This document shows positions 1-12,149 of a stretch of 64,000 bases of DNA, one piece after another; position 1 is the stretch's first letter; each line of letters opens with the position of its first letter. The translations under genes were made by a program, and so were the position numbers. The DNA comes from Lama guanicoe (taxonomy: Eukaryota): NCBI GenBank assembly GCA_013239625.1, contig MU054323.1:19176819-19240818 (forward strand). The letters run 5' to 3'. The notes beneath the pieces were generated by a model. It was given only the letters and a program-made list of their open reading frames with translations. It was not told the DNA's origin and searched no databases.

Positions 1-240
1 TGCAGACCTTCTTTCCCTTACAGATACCTTTGAGGGGCATAGTTCTGGACCTGATGCCTTTTTTGCCATCCTGCTAGGTTACAGGGAGATCTTTCTTGCA
101 GCTTTGGTTGTACAGGAGTTATTTTGCAAGTTTCCAGTTAGTTTTCAGGAAGAACTGTTCCATATGTAGATGTATTTTTGATGTTTTTGTTGGGGGAGGC
201 GAGTTTCATGTCCTCCTGCTCTGCCAGCTTGATCCCCTCC
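1..240 (-). mobile_element. LINE-1 5' end (5'UTR/promoter region); element continues left of the window
   Basis: The reverse complement begins GGAGGGGATCAAGCTGGCAGAGCAGGAGGACATGAAACTCGCCTCCCCCAACAAAAACATCAAAAATACATCTACA, which resembles laurasiatherian L1 5' termini. The adjacent flank (241-263) reads TT|AAAAAAA on the minus strand, like an L1 endonuclease site. Confidence 0.75.
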
Positions 241-1410
241 TTTACGTTTTATCATTTTTTTAAATTTTAGAAATACTTAGCTGTACAAAGGTTCTGTGAT
301 TGTTTTCATGAGTCATACAGTCCCTTATTTTTCTCAAGCACTTCTTGCAGAGAGGAGAAACTAAGGTCAAATGATTTTTCCATATTTACATGATAATTTA
401 AGGGGGAAGTGGGATAAAATATGATAGGTCCTTAGTTTAGAGACTATTATATATCCTATAGAATTGAATTTCCTGTTAGCCATCTCTGCTTTTTACCATT
501 TATATCTTGGTACACTTCATTAGTGACATACTAACCAGCTCTGAAAACATTTACGTCTTCAATAAAATCTTATATAGAATACAATTCTCCTTAAAATTTG
601 TGTAAATTTAGAATTTAACTATTTGTCTTTTCATATTTAAATCTTATCCAATCAATCATAAGGTTATGTGGAGTTCCTGACTTTGGGATGAGTATTTCAC
701 TATTGTTCCCTGATATGTCTAGAAACAGAGTAAAAAAGATCAGAAGAAACTCTATTGGGAGGGCCTTCAGAACTTCCTCATGTCCTTCAACAAGAGAAGA
801 TGCTCCATCGATTTGAGGCCATTGAGAAATAGAGCTAATTCTCTAGTCAAATTAATTTATATTCTGACATGCATTACTCTGACAACTGCAAAAACCTGCA
901 CAGATAGAGCTTCTGTCTAGGAGAGATATTTCTCTGTTCAGTACTTTTTTTTTTTTAATATAGAGACCCTGAATAGGAAAAAAGTAATTATATTGCTTAT
1001 GGCTCAGCTTCCTTTACCTACTCCCAGGATTGGAGACATTTTCCATGAAAGAGGTTCAGAGTGACAGCCACCAAAATGAACCAGACCACACTGTGCTCTA
1101 AATACGGGAGTAAATATGAAGTGATAAATGCACACAAAGACACTTACATTGCTGTGGAGAATTGATAACAAGATTCCATCTACATTTGTTTGAGAGTTGA
1201 AAGACAAGGAGTTACTTGAATACATTTGGAAAGACCTTGGAAGTCGTTGGATATAAAGTTAGTAAATTCTGCCACAATTTCTCTGCCAAAATTCACTTAT
1301 TCCACTGAACTTTGCTGAAAAATAGTTATTTTGAATTGCAATTGATTTTAAAAAATTTGAAAGTAACTCAAAAATTATTAAATATAAATTACTAAAATTT
1401 CACCGTATAA

Positions 1411-1575
1411 GCAACACAGTGTGGCAGAAAGCACATTCAAGAAAACCAGGTATCAGCTCTAGTGTTGATAATACAAGTATCCTTATATGATCTTGAAGAA
1501 GGCGTCTAACACTTTGACCTCAGTTTTCTGATCTCTGTAAGTTTAAGTTTCCTCTAAGGTCCCTTATGAGCTACA
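1411..1575 (+). mobile_element. MIR SINE fragment
   Basis: Degenerate MIR core 'tgatcttgaagaagg..taacactttgacctcagttttctgatctctgtaa' and a MIR3-like tail 'ctctaaggtccctt'. Confidence 0.6.
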
Positions 1576-3367
1576 CTTTATATCAGAACTGGCTGAAGGT
1601 TAAGTATGTTGTTAAAAATAAGAAAATGATATATAAAAATAGTAAATATTTAATATAGTTGATTTAAAATGTTTATTTGAGCTACTTTTCCAAATAAAAC
1701 ACTACTTAATAACTGTTGAACAAATGAGATCATTATATGTGAGAGCTTTAAGAAAAAAATAATAGGTATATATATATGATTTCATGGGATTATTGAAATC
1801 TCTTACACATTTTCAATTTCAGATAAAATCTTTGAGGGACAGTATACAATGTAGGAACAAGAGAGGGGAAAGAAGGAAAAGAATCGAAGGAGAAAAACAC
1901 TACCTTGCTTTGAGAATAAATACCTAAAATCTCAAATCAGAGAAAGCCAATTCAGCCAAGTAAGTGGAAAGGAAAAACCCAAGAGAGTAATAAGAAAGAA
2001 ATCAGAATGTCACACTCAATGAAAAGGAGAAAGTATAAGAATATTTTTCAAGAAAGAGGATGAGACATCTGGGAAATAGGAAAGGCTGGTTAGAATATAA
2101 ATAATGGTCTGGATTATCGTCCTCAGGAAAGGATCTGCCAGACTTCAATGACAATGGGAACCTTACCTATTATAACTCTATCTATCCCAGCCCAACCTTC
2201 TGAAAAATTTTGACACCAACAGATTTCCTTGAGCAAATAATTACTCCCATGGATGTCAACTTGGTGAAAGCATTCAGTCAGAAATAGTCAATATAAAAAT
2301 GAACTACTTCTAGGCAAGCTGCTTGGGGAGAGTGAATTTTGCAGAAGCATAAACCTCAATTCCCCATCATCAGCAGGGTCTGTCTATTTTGGAGCACACT
2401 CAAGCATCTGTCACGAATTCTGACATTAATCACTACTTTTCCAGTGGGAGGAGAAATACCTGTTACGCTGCCGCTCCTGAAAGTTCTGTCTCAGTAACAG
2501 GAATTCTGAGAAGGGAGCTGTCCCTTCATGGGGATATCATGTACCAGTAAGTCCGCAAGACCCAGAAAGGGAAATGACTGACAGGAGACAGCCCTTGAAC
2601 CTGTCTCATTCTTACCAGGGGAAGAACAGAACAAAATGTTTTTAGTAGACCAAATTTGCTAATTTCCACTTGCCCCATAACCTGCCAAGCATTCCTGTTT
2701 AACATGATAGAAACAGCCTCCAGGAGTGTAACATGCCACATACATGGCTGTTACACAGATCAGTCAACACAGCAGTTTGTAGAAAAGGAAATAAACATAC
2801 ATCATTAGCATTTCTACCCAGCAAAAAAACAAACAAAGAACAACAACAACAACAAAAACTTGTGGAAGTCTAGAACTTTCTAGTCACATTAGGAAAATAA
2901 CTGGCATTTTTTTTTCCTTCACCCGATCAAATATATCAAATTAATTTTCATTGCAGGATGGAATTAAGAATTCATCAGTCTGCACAGAAACATGTGTTAG
3001 CTATAAAACTTATCCTTTTCTAGTCTGTTATTTTATGCACATCCTCATCACCTTGTTCCTGAAATGATTTAAATAATCATTTAATTAAATAATTTGATCC
3101 AAACAAATGTCCACTTAAGAGACTTGGCTATCTGATTTGGTCACTGACACTGATCATTAACTTAAAAGTTATATACTTGACCCAGAATAAATTTGTAATT
3201 ATTTTTATATCTTCTACAGAGCCTTACCCAAAATAGTTGTCCAATAAATTATAGTTGAATGGCAGTAAATTAAAAGCCAGAATTATCTCTTGGTTTTCTG
3301 GAAATCTCATGGTCAGATTACAAACAGTGATTTTTAAAATTAAAATTAAAGATATTCCTAATACAGG

Positions 3368-3560
3368 ATAATAATGGCCACCACTTCTTGAGTGCTGTGT
3401 GCTAGGCATTGTAATGAACTCTTTATGCGAATCATTTAGTCATGAATGAGAGTGAGACAGTTACTCTTTCAACCCCATTTTTTACAAAATTGGATACTGA
3501 GGTTTGGAGAGATAAGCAATATGACCAAGGTTACACAATAGGCCCAAAATTTGACTCTTT
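3368..3560 (-). mobile_element. MIR SINE
   Basis: Antisense MIR core 'ccccattttttacaaaattggatactgaggtttggagagataagcaatatgaccaaggttacaca'. Confidence 0.75.
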
Positions 3561-4399
3561 CAGATTGTCTTAATGAGTTGTACTGATTTAAGGCCATGTT
3601 TAAATACTGTAAACTATCTCTTTCTCTGAACTATGCTGGATGGATTCCTGTGATAGGGAACTCTATGTATTAACAGAATTAAAAACATATAGTCTGTCTA
3701 CCTGGCATGTAGATGGTAATTTTGATGAATACCAAGGAAAGTAAACTAGTCAGTGTCTTGATTGAGGAATATCATTCCTTTACTAGAATTATGCTACAGA
3801 AATGGCAAGATGGTTCTCTTTATTGTTTATTTTTTAAAGTAGTATATCTCCTTGAATGCTTAAATAAGAGTTTATCTGAAACTCAAAATTTCTAAACCAT
3901 AAAAAAATGGAAGAGAAAATTTTAACCTGGAGGATTCTAATGGTGCAAGTTACCGAAGTCTTACATCAGCCATAAGACTTACATTATCAGTCATACATCA
4001 ATAAAAACTAAATGTTATCCCTGAGTCACATATACTGTGATGTGCAGGATGCCAGCTTGATGACACTATGAGAGAAAGTGCAAAGTGAGAATGTGCAATG
4101 ATTAACATATTTAATAAAATTATTTATCATTCCCTATCTGTTCACAAAAATTGAGCTAGCAGTTATGTTAATAATATTTAATATTTGTCAACAGATCCTG
4201 AGGTCATATCTGTAACATATTATACTATACACTAAATTACGCTTGCTACCCTTTTTTACACAGCAGAAGAAATGCATGAGCAGAAGAAACTGTTTAAGGT
4301 AGTAGACTGAACCTGAATCTCAAATAGTTCTTCTTCCAAAACAAAATAATTTGAAAAATAATTTGGAGATAAAAGTGGGATCAAAGTTTTCAGTTAAAT

Positions 4400-4845
4400 A
4401 TATCACACAGCAGCCTTCCTTAAGAGCACTAACAAAACAAGTCAATTACAGAAGCAACCAAGATATGAAAGGAAAATTAACAATAAGCAGGTCTAAGTAA
4501 GGGTTGTAGAGAATTTGCCTAAATATAAAATTTAGTTAAAAACTGGAAAATGGGGGTCACAGAAGTTAAATGTCAAGAATTCAGTAATAATATAATTTTT
4601 TTTCAGAAATGGGAAAAGACAAGGATAGAGTAAGGAAATTACTTCCTTTTCCTGAGAATGACATCTATAGATAAAGGTTAATGCAGAAACACTAAGAGGC
4701 AGAGTTTGAAGTGTATTATGTAAGCTGTAAAGAGAACAGCAAGAAAAACTGAAAATTCAATTTGGAACAAAGAAAGGAGAAAGAAAATTCGTGCGTTCAT
4801 TTCTTCATCTTTCAGAGGGTGCGTCAATATATACAGACTGTGTAA
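4400..4845 (+). mobile_element. Possible HAL1/old L1 fragment
   Basis: A-rich purine-biased tract ending in 'ttcatttcttcatctttcagagggtgcgtcaatatatac', which resembles the HAL1 3' region; heavily decayed. Confidence 0.35.
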
Positions 4846-5522
4846 TGCTTTTTTCCCTTTTCTTTAAACATCTCATAAAAAACACTACTCATATTATTCA
4901 TTTTTAAAAAGGCCAACAAATGAAGGCATACTTTCTTTTGTATGTACAAGTTTATCAATACAACTCCTAAAAGTAATATTATTAATAACATTAACTTTGA
5001 GACTTTGAGAGAAGAGAATACAAAATGGCTCTAAACAACCATCTTGTAAGTTGACCCAACCGTACAAAGAGAAGAGAAATAATGAAGGAAAAAACATCTT
5101 TCAATAACCTAAAAAAAGAGAATGATGCCAATCACATACCACTAACTTAAAGAGTGGGAAAATGTGAATGAGAAAGGATATAATGATAGAGGCTGTGGCA
5201 GGAATTCAGGGAAACCTTCCTGATGTCCCTGGAGAGCATACACTGTAGTCTCGAGGAAGCCCCGGGAGGGGCAGAATTAGCACAATCGGAGGTCATTTTC
5301 CCACATCAAGTCAGTGGTTTTCTAAAGCTATAATGGCAAGGATAGAGAAACCAGTGCAGCCATTTCTCTGCCTATGGTATGATTTCTTATTAGGAGCACA
5401 GGATTACCCCGAGTTTGGAGAATCCTCTCTGTAAAAAAAAAAAAGCCTCTAAGATAGTTCTAGGAGTTAAAGAAAACCTACAAATTCCCTTGATACTTAG
5501 AAGCACTAAGAAATAGTTTGTT

Positions 5523-5621
5523 GACAGATGGTAGCAAGACTTATGCTGGTGATCTCTTCATAAGGTATAAAAATATTGAATCACTATGGTGCACACCTGA
5601 AACAATTATAACTCAAAAAAA
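5523..5621 (+). mobile_element. Severely 5'-truncated L1 (3' terminal ~100 bp) with poly(A) and TSD
   Basis: L1MA-type 3' end 'gaatcactatggtgcacacctgaaacaattataactcaaaaaaaaa'. Flanked by aagaaatagtttgtt (5508-5522) and aagaagtaatttgtt (5622-5636), a 13/15 match. Confidence 0.75.
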
Positions 5622-6770
5622 AAGAAGTAATTTGTTTTGTGTTGTATGTGAATGGAAGGAGGGATGCAATCTTTATTCTAAGTGTATCAGTTACATTAGT
5701 TGCCATAGTAACTAGTTATATTAGCTATATTAGTTTCAAATATTAGTTTGACTACATATGACACAATGCTACTCATTTTTTCTAACATAAAGTCAGAAAG
5801 TAAGCACTTTTAAAGTCAGTGATACACTTGAGTAAATTATGAGGAAATGAGCCTCCTTCCTACTCTCCAAACAGAGCATGCGGTTTTCATCCTCATTGTT
5901 TAAGACAGCAAGTCCATTTCCAGGTACCCTGTCTACAGTCCTTGAAAGTAGCAGGAAATGATGGAGAATGAAGGCAAATCTCCTACAGTTAAGAAAATAA
6001 ATTTTTCTTTTAGAAAACCCAGCAATCTCCGTTTATTTCCTTTGGCTACAATTATAAGGAATCCTGAGAAATGGCATTCCTATTCTGTGGGGGTGGCAGA
6101 GAAAAGGGGACTTATTGCCACCTTGAACAAACTCAAGGTGGTTAGTAAGTAAGGAGTGGGAGTAACAGACATTTGATGTAAAATTGGAAATAGCTTCTTC
6201 AGTCTATCGCTCTTGCTGTCCAGCAGCCATGCTTCCTCCCATCTCCTGTAAACACCCTCACCCCTCCCCAAGGTAGTCTCATCCAAAAGTCTAGGATTTC
6301 TCAAGTTCTCTTGGGAGGAGCTCCTTAATGAAGGTCTGGAAACTTGTACATTTAAATCTTAAAGCTTATCTGACACCCACATACAATAGTTTAGAAGAAA
6401 CAGGAAACTACAGCTTAAAGAATAATTTTCATTTAGACAAGGGAGGGAGGGGAAGTAAACAGCATTAGCTAATTTCTGGAACACACCAAATCCTGAGGGA
6501 CAAGAATGAGGGGAGAGCATCCTGGTCTGGGAGTGAAGGAATTTCCCTGGGAATCAGTTGAGATTCCTGGTTCCGCTCCGGGGAAAGATGCATCTCGCCA
6601 TCTTTGATGTACCTATGGATACACTGGTGTCATAGAATGTGTCCACTTTCACAGACTACTCCCCCCTGGTGCTGGTTTGAGCGTTTCAGGGAATATTTCA
6701 AAAATGGATGAGTCAAAAGCTTTTGCAGGCCAAGTTCGGAGTTTCTTCGGCAAAATAGTAGGATTCCCAT

Positions 6771-6975
6771 CATGTAGCGGTTAAGAAAATAGACTCCTGA
6801 AGCCACAACTACCATATACCAAATCATAACTCTGCCTCTTACCAGCTCTGTGATCTCGGTTTACCTTTCTGTAAAGTGGTGTGACAACAGCAACCACCGT
6901 GAGGGGTTGAGGATAATATAAGAAGTCAGAACAATGCCTGAATGATGATGAGTGAGTGCTACATCAACTATAGTC
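6771..6975 (+). mobile_element. MIR SINE
   Basis: 'tgtagcggttaaga..agactcctgaagcc..aaatcataactctgcctcttaccagctctgtgatctcgg..tttctgtaaagtgg..gggttgaggat'. Confidence 0.75.
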
Positions 6976-7374
6976 ATGATACTTATTCTAGCTATTTTAT
7001 AACCACCCTCATTGTTATTAATGATGCGGGTAAATAACCACAAACAGTAATTATTTAGACATATCCTTTAAGACATTTGCCTTTTGCATGTTGGCTTTTT
7101 TTTTTTTTCCTGTTCATTCCTTTATCCTTTCACACAATAGCCATGGCCTTACAGAACTTTGAAATAGGCTTAGCTGAGAGAGGACTATCTGACGGTGGGC
7201 TTATAGCAACTGAATGACCGTGAATGCTTAGATAAGTGTGCTTAAGACAGACTTAGTCCCACAATCTGATCTCCTACCCAGATCTCCATTCATAAATTCT
7301 GATCACAGAGTGAAAGAAGCAGTTGTTTCCTTTAGCCTTGGAATAATCTAAACCATTTAACTTGTAATTAATAA

Positions 7375-7490
7375 CAAATTAATAATAAAAATTTAAAAAA
7401 TGAAATACAAAGAAATCTTTATTTAAAAATACAAAATACATAAAAATATATAAAAAATAAAACATAAAAATTTAATAATAAAAAACCTAA
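7375..7490. repeat. A/T-rich low-complexity tract
   Basis: Almost exclusively A and T, with runs such as aaaaatataaaaaataaaacataaaaa. Confidence 0.8.
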
Positions 7491-8594
7491 ATAGCAGTCA
7501 TGAGATGAGAGTATCTCTTTTCATAAAGCGCATCATTTCCTTCTGTCTCTGCTTTGAAAATTGGATAGTTCTTTTCTTATTTCATCCTTCTCTTCCAGAA
7601 CTTGGCACAATATATCCATAAATAGATAGGATTTCACTATGTTTTGTTTTCTTCCCCACCATTTGCCCCAACAGTACACATAACACTTGATGTGCGCCAC
7701 ACACACAAAACATTTGATCATTTGATTCACTGTTTAACCACCACATGGTAGGAGTTATTAGCTTTGATTCCTGCAAACTCAGAGATACAGCAATTCAGGA
7801 GAATAATCTCATCTAGGACCCAAAAATAGACAGTGGAAGCAAAGCAAAGGAGCCAGGATAAGTGTGTCATTTATGTATCTGTTGACATTACCCAGGACTA
7901 CAGATTCCTAGAAAATGACTGGACCCCGGATACAAAAAGAGAGTGCTGGAGTCAGTGACCTTTAACACAGTGTCACATGGAATAGAAAGGACCCATGCAG
8001 CCAGCAGAGCAACTTTGCACCTCTGTAATTCTTGTTCAGGTTGTCTTAGGATCAAATACTTCTTCCCAAGGTCTGGACTCATTTGGCCTTCATTCCTGAC
8101 CACAATTTTCTTCCCTTCCTCCTTTTTTCCTTCATTATTTCCTTACCTTCCTCTACCCCACCTCTCCTTCTTCACTTTTTTTTTTCCCTATATTTTTAGG
8201 GGACTCCGAGTACAAGGATTTAGACTAAGTGAATTCCTGAGCCCTTTCTGAACTAGCCTTAAGTTGCCACCCTAGTTATTATTATTGCTAGTTTTCTCAA
8301 CTTCCCAGTGCCTTAGTCAAACCAAGGTTTATGTTAAAAAATTCCCCAGAGTTTATACTACCCAGATCCAATATATATTTAAATTTAACCATATCCCATA
8401 TGGTTATTTTTATATTTTTTATATTTCTTAGCTTCTTTTATATATTTGTTAGGTTATTTAAAAAAAATCCAGACAGAAATTTTAAAAGAAATCTAAAATA
8501 CAACAAAAGTACACTAAACAAATATAGGAAAAAGCAGGAGCAAGGGGATGCTAAACAATGAAGAACATATCATGGATCTGGAAAACAAGCCCAA

Positions 8595-9175
8595 TGCATT
8601 GATCCACTTAGACAACACATATTTGTAGACTACCTACACTGGAGATACAGGAGGAAACAAACCAAAACAGTACTTCTTTCGTGGAATTTACATAATGGGA
8701 TGGGGAGATCTGATAATGTAAAGTGGTAATAAGTACAATGACTAAAGCAGGATACTGTAAATTTGACAAAGGTGGGGCACTGTTTTAGATAGAGCACTCA
8801 GAGAAGACCCTTCTATTGGAAAGACATTTGAGAAGAGACCGGAATGAAATGAAAGAAGAGAAATTATCTTCTGGGGAAACAGAATCCCAAGCAGAAGCAG
8901 CAGTATGTGCAAAGGGCCTGAGATGGGACAAAATTCCAGTATTTCTGTGAACAGCAAAAAGGCCAGTGTGATCGGACTACAGTAAGTGTGGCATAAGATA
9001 AGATTAAAAAACTAATCAAGGTCTAATTCACTTTACAAGCCATAGTGAAGATGTTCACTTTCATTGCAAGAACAACGGGAAGCCAAAAATTTCTGAACAG
9101 TAAGAGACACAGAATGTTACTTAGATTTTCCAAAGTTCATTCTGGATTCTGTATGGATAAGAATAGTGTTTGAAA
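8595..9175 (-). mobile_element. L2 LINE 3' region
   Basis: Antisense L2a-like motifs 'ctggagatacag..ggaatttacata', 'gacatttgagaagagaccggaatgaa', 'tgtgcaaagggcctgagatggga'. Confidence 0.8.
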
Positions 9176-9798
9176 TGCATAGCAGCCAATTAAAAGAGGA
9201 AAATCAGACCAATTTTGCATTTAATGTTGACCAAAAGATAAAAATAGGCCAAAATCTCAGGCATATTCTTGGGGTCTTTATCATATAAGGAACCATCTTT
9301 TTGGTCCACAGCCCTCAGTTTCATCTTTTCTAAGATGTGGTTACCAAGAGTAAATACTTTCCCAAAATAGGAGTTCAATAAATATTATCCAAATTAAATT
9401 GATGTCAGCTTTTAACTAATTACCCACAGAGTTTTCCAGATTCTTGAAAAGACATTTAAGTTTCTTCTTAAAATGATTTTCCCTTACAAGTTGAAAACAG
9501 TTTCTAAAATAAAAGCTTTAATCAATTTGATTTAAAAGTCTTTGATGTCAAGAAGATTTCATAAACTGAAACACTATTATGGACTGGATTCACCTTTAGA
9601 AGGAACAACTTCCAAAGAGTAACAGTTACCCAAAGAGCTTTTGGAATCTCTTCTCTGAGAGGTGTTTTAACCCTGAGATGACTTTGGTATTACTTTCTTT
9701 GAGGCAGAATATTTTATTAAGATAAGCTTTCTTATTTTCTGTTCTCTCACATGATACCCGAGTGGAATTACTTCAAACATAAGACCATCATTAGATTT

Positions 9799-10204
9799 GT
9801 GTGAGTGAGTTAGCTATTGCCACAAAAACTCAGCATGACAAATCTCAATAAGCATCTGCTGAGCTTGTTCATCTGCTGAGAAGCTGACCTAGACTTGGCT
9901 AAGCTGGAAAGGTTCTCATCCTCCACGAACCAACAGTTTCAGAGAAGCCTGTTCCCACGGTAATGGGAGAAGTACAGGAGAGTCAGCACAGACCAGCAAG
10001 CTCTCTCATGGGCTGGAAACGGGTCCATTATCATTTCCACTCTATCCCATTGTTCAAAGTGAGTCTGCTTGGCCCAACCCAAAAGTCAGGGGTCATAGAA
10101 ATATACTCTGCATATTTTAGTAGGAGAAATGACAAAGCCACATGGCCAAGAGAGAACGTGAGGAAGGATACAGAACTGAAGTCAACAGTGCAATCAATCT
10201 CCCA
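9799..10204 (-). mobile_element. MaLR LTR (MLT1G/H-like)
   Basis: Starts 'tgtgtgagtgagttagctattgcc'. Contains 'catttccactctatcccattgttcaaagtgagtc..ggcccaaccc' and 'aaagccacatggccaag', typical of antisense MLT1. Confidence 0.7.
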
Positions 10205-10797
10205 AAGTATTCAAATGGGATTCCAAGCATAAGGGACATGTTCTCTACCGTCTACAGTGTTCCGCTCAGCGTGTTACCTTCCTCCCCAGGGGACTCTTCT
10301 CTAGGGTGGTGTGGAGTGGAGAGGGCTGTTTGGTGAAAAGTTATAACTGTAAGGAAACATAACTTTCACTATTATAATTTAACTATGTAATGAAATTCTT
10401 GCCCATCTGTAAAATAATTTCAACATAGAAGTACCAGTAGGTCCACCTAGAAAGATAAAAGGAAAAAAAAAAAAGTAAAGAAAAACACATAAGGGCACAT
10501 AAGGGATAGAAACGTGTGTGAGACTCTTCTACTCCTCACTTCTTCCTTTGGACCCAAGTGGGTTATTTCCAGATTTTGCAAACAGACCATATGCTTCCAA
10601 CTCCTTAATATTAAAAGCTGTCTCATTTTGCTTTATTTAAGATGATATTTATAGTTCTCTCTGTTCTATATGTGAGTAGTTCGGCATTTATCCATGGTCA
10701 TTAGCATTTACTAAAATATTTCTACCAGGTCTCATATAGCAAATTCTATTTGTGAGTTATTACTCCAAGCTGCCATGTGGTAAAGCTGAGAATTTGA

Positions 10798-10830
10798 GGG
10801 TGGGAGGCTGGGCGGGGTGGGGGGAGGGGG
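10798..10830 (+). other. G-quadruplex-forming motif including a GC box (gggcgggg)
   Basis: GGG-T-GGG-AGGCT-GGG-C-GGGG-T-GGGGGG-A-GGGGG gives six G-runs with short loops. Confidence 0.7.
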
Positions 10831-11399
10831 TGCTCTTCCTTAATACTGTTTCCTATTTTATGTGGCTCCTCATTAAATAATAATAATATTTTTAGACTCT
10901 GCAGAATGTGACCATGAACATGAGAGGAAGAGAGGATACAGTAAGAATAGTTTACTGGGAGACATGATATCTTAGAACAAGGTACTTGAAGAATCACCAA
11001 CTTCAAGGAGGGAGCATGGCAATCACAAAAGGTAGAAAGTCATGCTAATTCGTTATTTTGGGGGTTTTTTCCCACAAAATAATACATGTTTTATCTTGTA
11101 ATTTTTTTCTTCCACCAGATAATAGTAAAATAAAATGGAATTTCCTGGGCAGAGTGATACCACTTAACTGGAGAATGTCCTCAAAATGTTGAGGTGTCAA
11201 GCTCTGAAGAATAGACAAAAATATTCATTTAATGTGTATTTCTCCTATAAATAACCAAAAACTTAGCTGCAGTTCATTATATACTTAATATATTAACTGA
11301 TTTCTGTTTATCAACTCAGACCCCCACAAAATGTACACTGTTTAAGTTGTCAAAACTGAATTATCTTCTTTAAAATTTTTTAGTAACTTTTTTTCTTTG

Positions 11400-11890
11400 C
11401 TTAGCATATGGACCAAAATCCTGTAAGACTCTGGGTACAAACCCCACCTTCCCAGCAAGCTCCATCTCTCATCATTTGCCTTTCAACCTCTACAGTCCAG
11501 ATACTCCACTCTTTACATTTTTCATGGCTGTAACACACTCACTCCCGCCACAAGGCCTTTGCAAAGACTGTTGTGTCTGTAATGATGCTTCCCTAATATA
11601 GCTATCCTTCTCCTTTATCTAATTAACTCCTACTAATTCCTTAAAACTCAGCTAAGTGACGCTTTCTCAGAGAAGTCTTTCTTTAATCACTTCAAATTTA
11701 TTTGTAATATTTTTCCATAAACCTCTATCCCTTTCAGTTTGCAAATATACATAACCAAGGTGACTATCTGGTTAATATCTAGGAAGATAAGGTAGACCTC
11801 GTGAGAGCCCAGACATCTGTTTTTGGTCACCAATTTAGCATGGAGCATCAAGTCCAGCATCTAGTAGGTACTCATGAACTATCTGTTTTT
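11400..11890 (+). mobile_element. L2 LINE 3' region
   Basis: 'ccacaaggcctttgcaaagactgtt', 'ctcagagaagtctttc' and terminal 'agtaggtactcatgaactatctgtt'. Confidence 0.7.
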
Positions 11891-11986
11891 TATACACAAG
11901 TAATATAGAAAGGCTGAGAAGCTAAGAGGTGAAATGCTCTGGTGGAATGTTAAACTGGATTCTTGAACTCACATCCACTCTTCTAC

Positions 11987-12125
11987 TGTGTCAGCATTGT
12001 GTAGTCACTAGGATTAGATTCTGCAAACTATAGTTTTCCTTTGTAAACTGGTTTCCTGCCAATAGCAAGAACTAGAGAAAAACTAGAAGCCAGGAAGAGG
12101 GAAAAAGGAATATTTCCCTTCCTGG
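11987..12125 (+). mobile_element. Partial LTR41-like ERVL LTR (candidate 5' LTR)
   Basis: 'ttctgcaaactatagttttcctttg..ctggtttcctgccaatag..ctagag..ggaagagggaaaaagg..cccttcct' parallels the LTR segment at 15186-15300. Confidence 0.55.
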
Positions 12126-12149
12126 CAGCTTTCCCTGCACTGGGCCAAT

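Noticed and set aside
10486..10505. cacataaggg repeated twice
   Set aside because: A trivial 10-bp slippage duplication.
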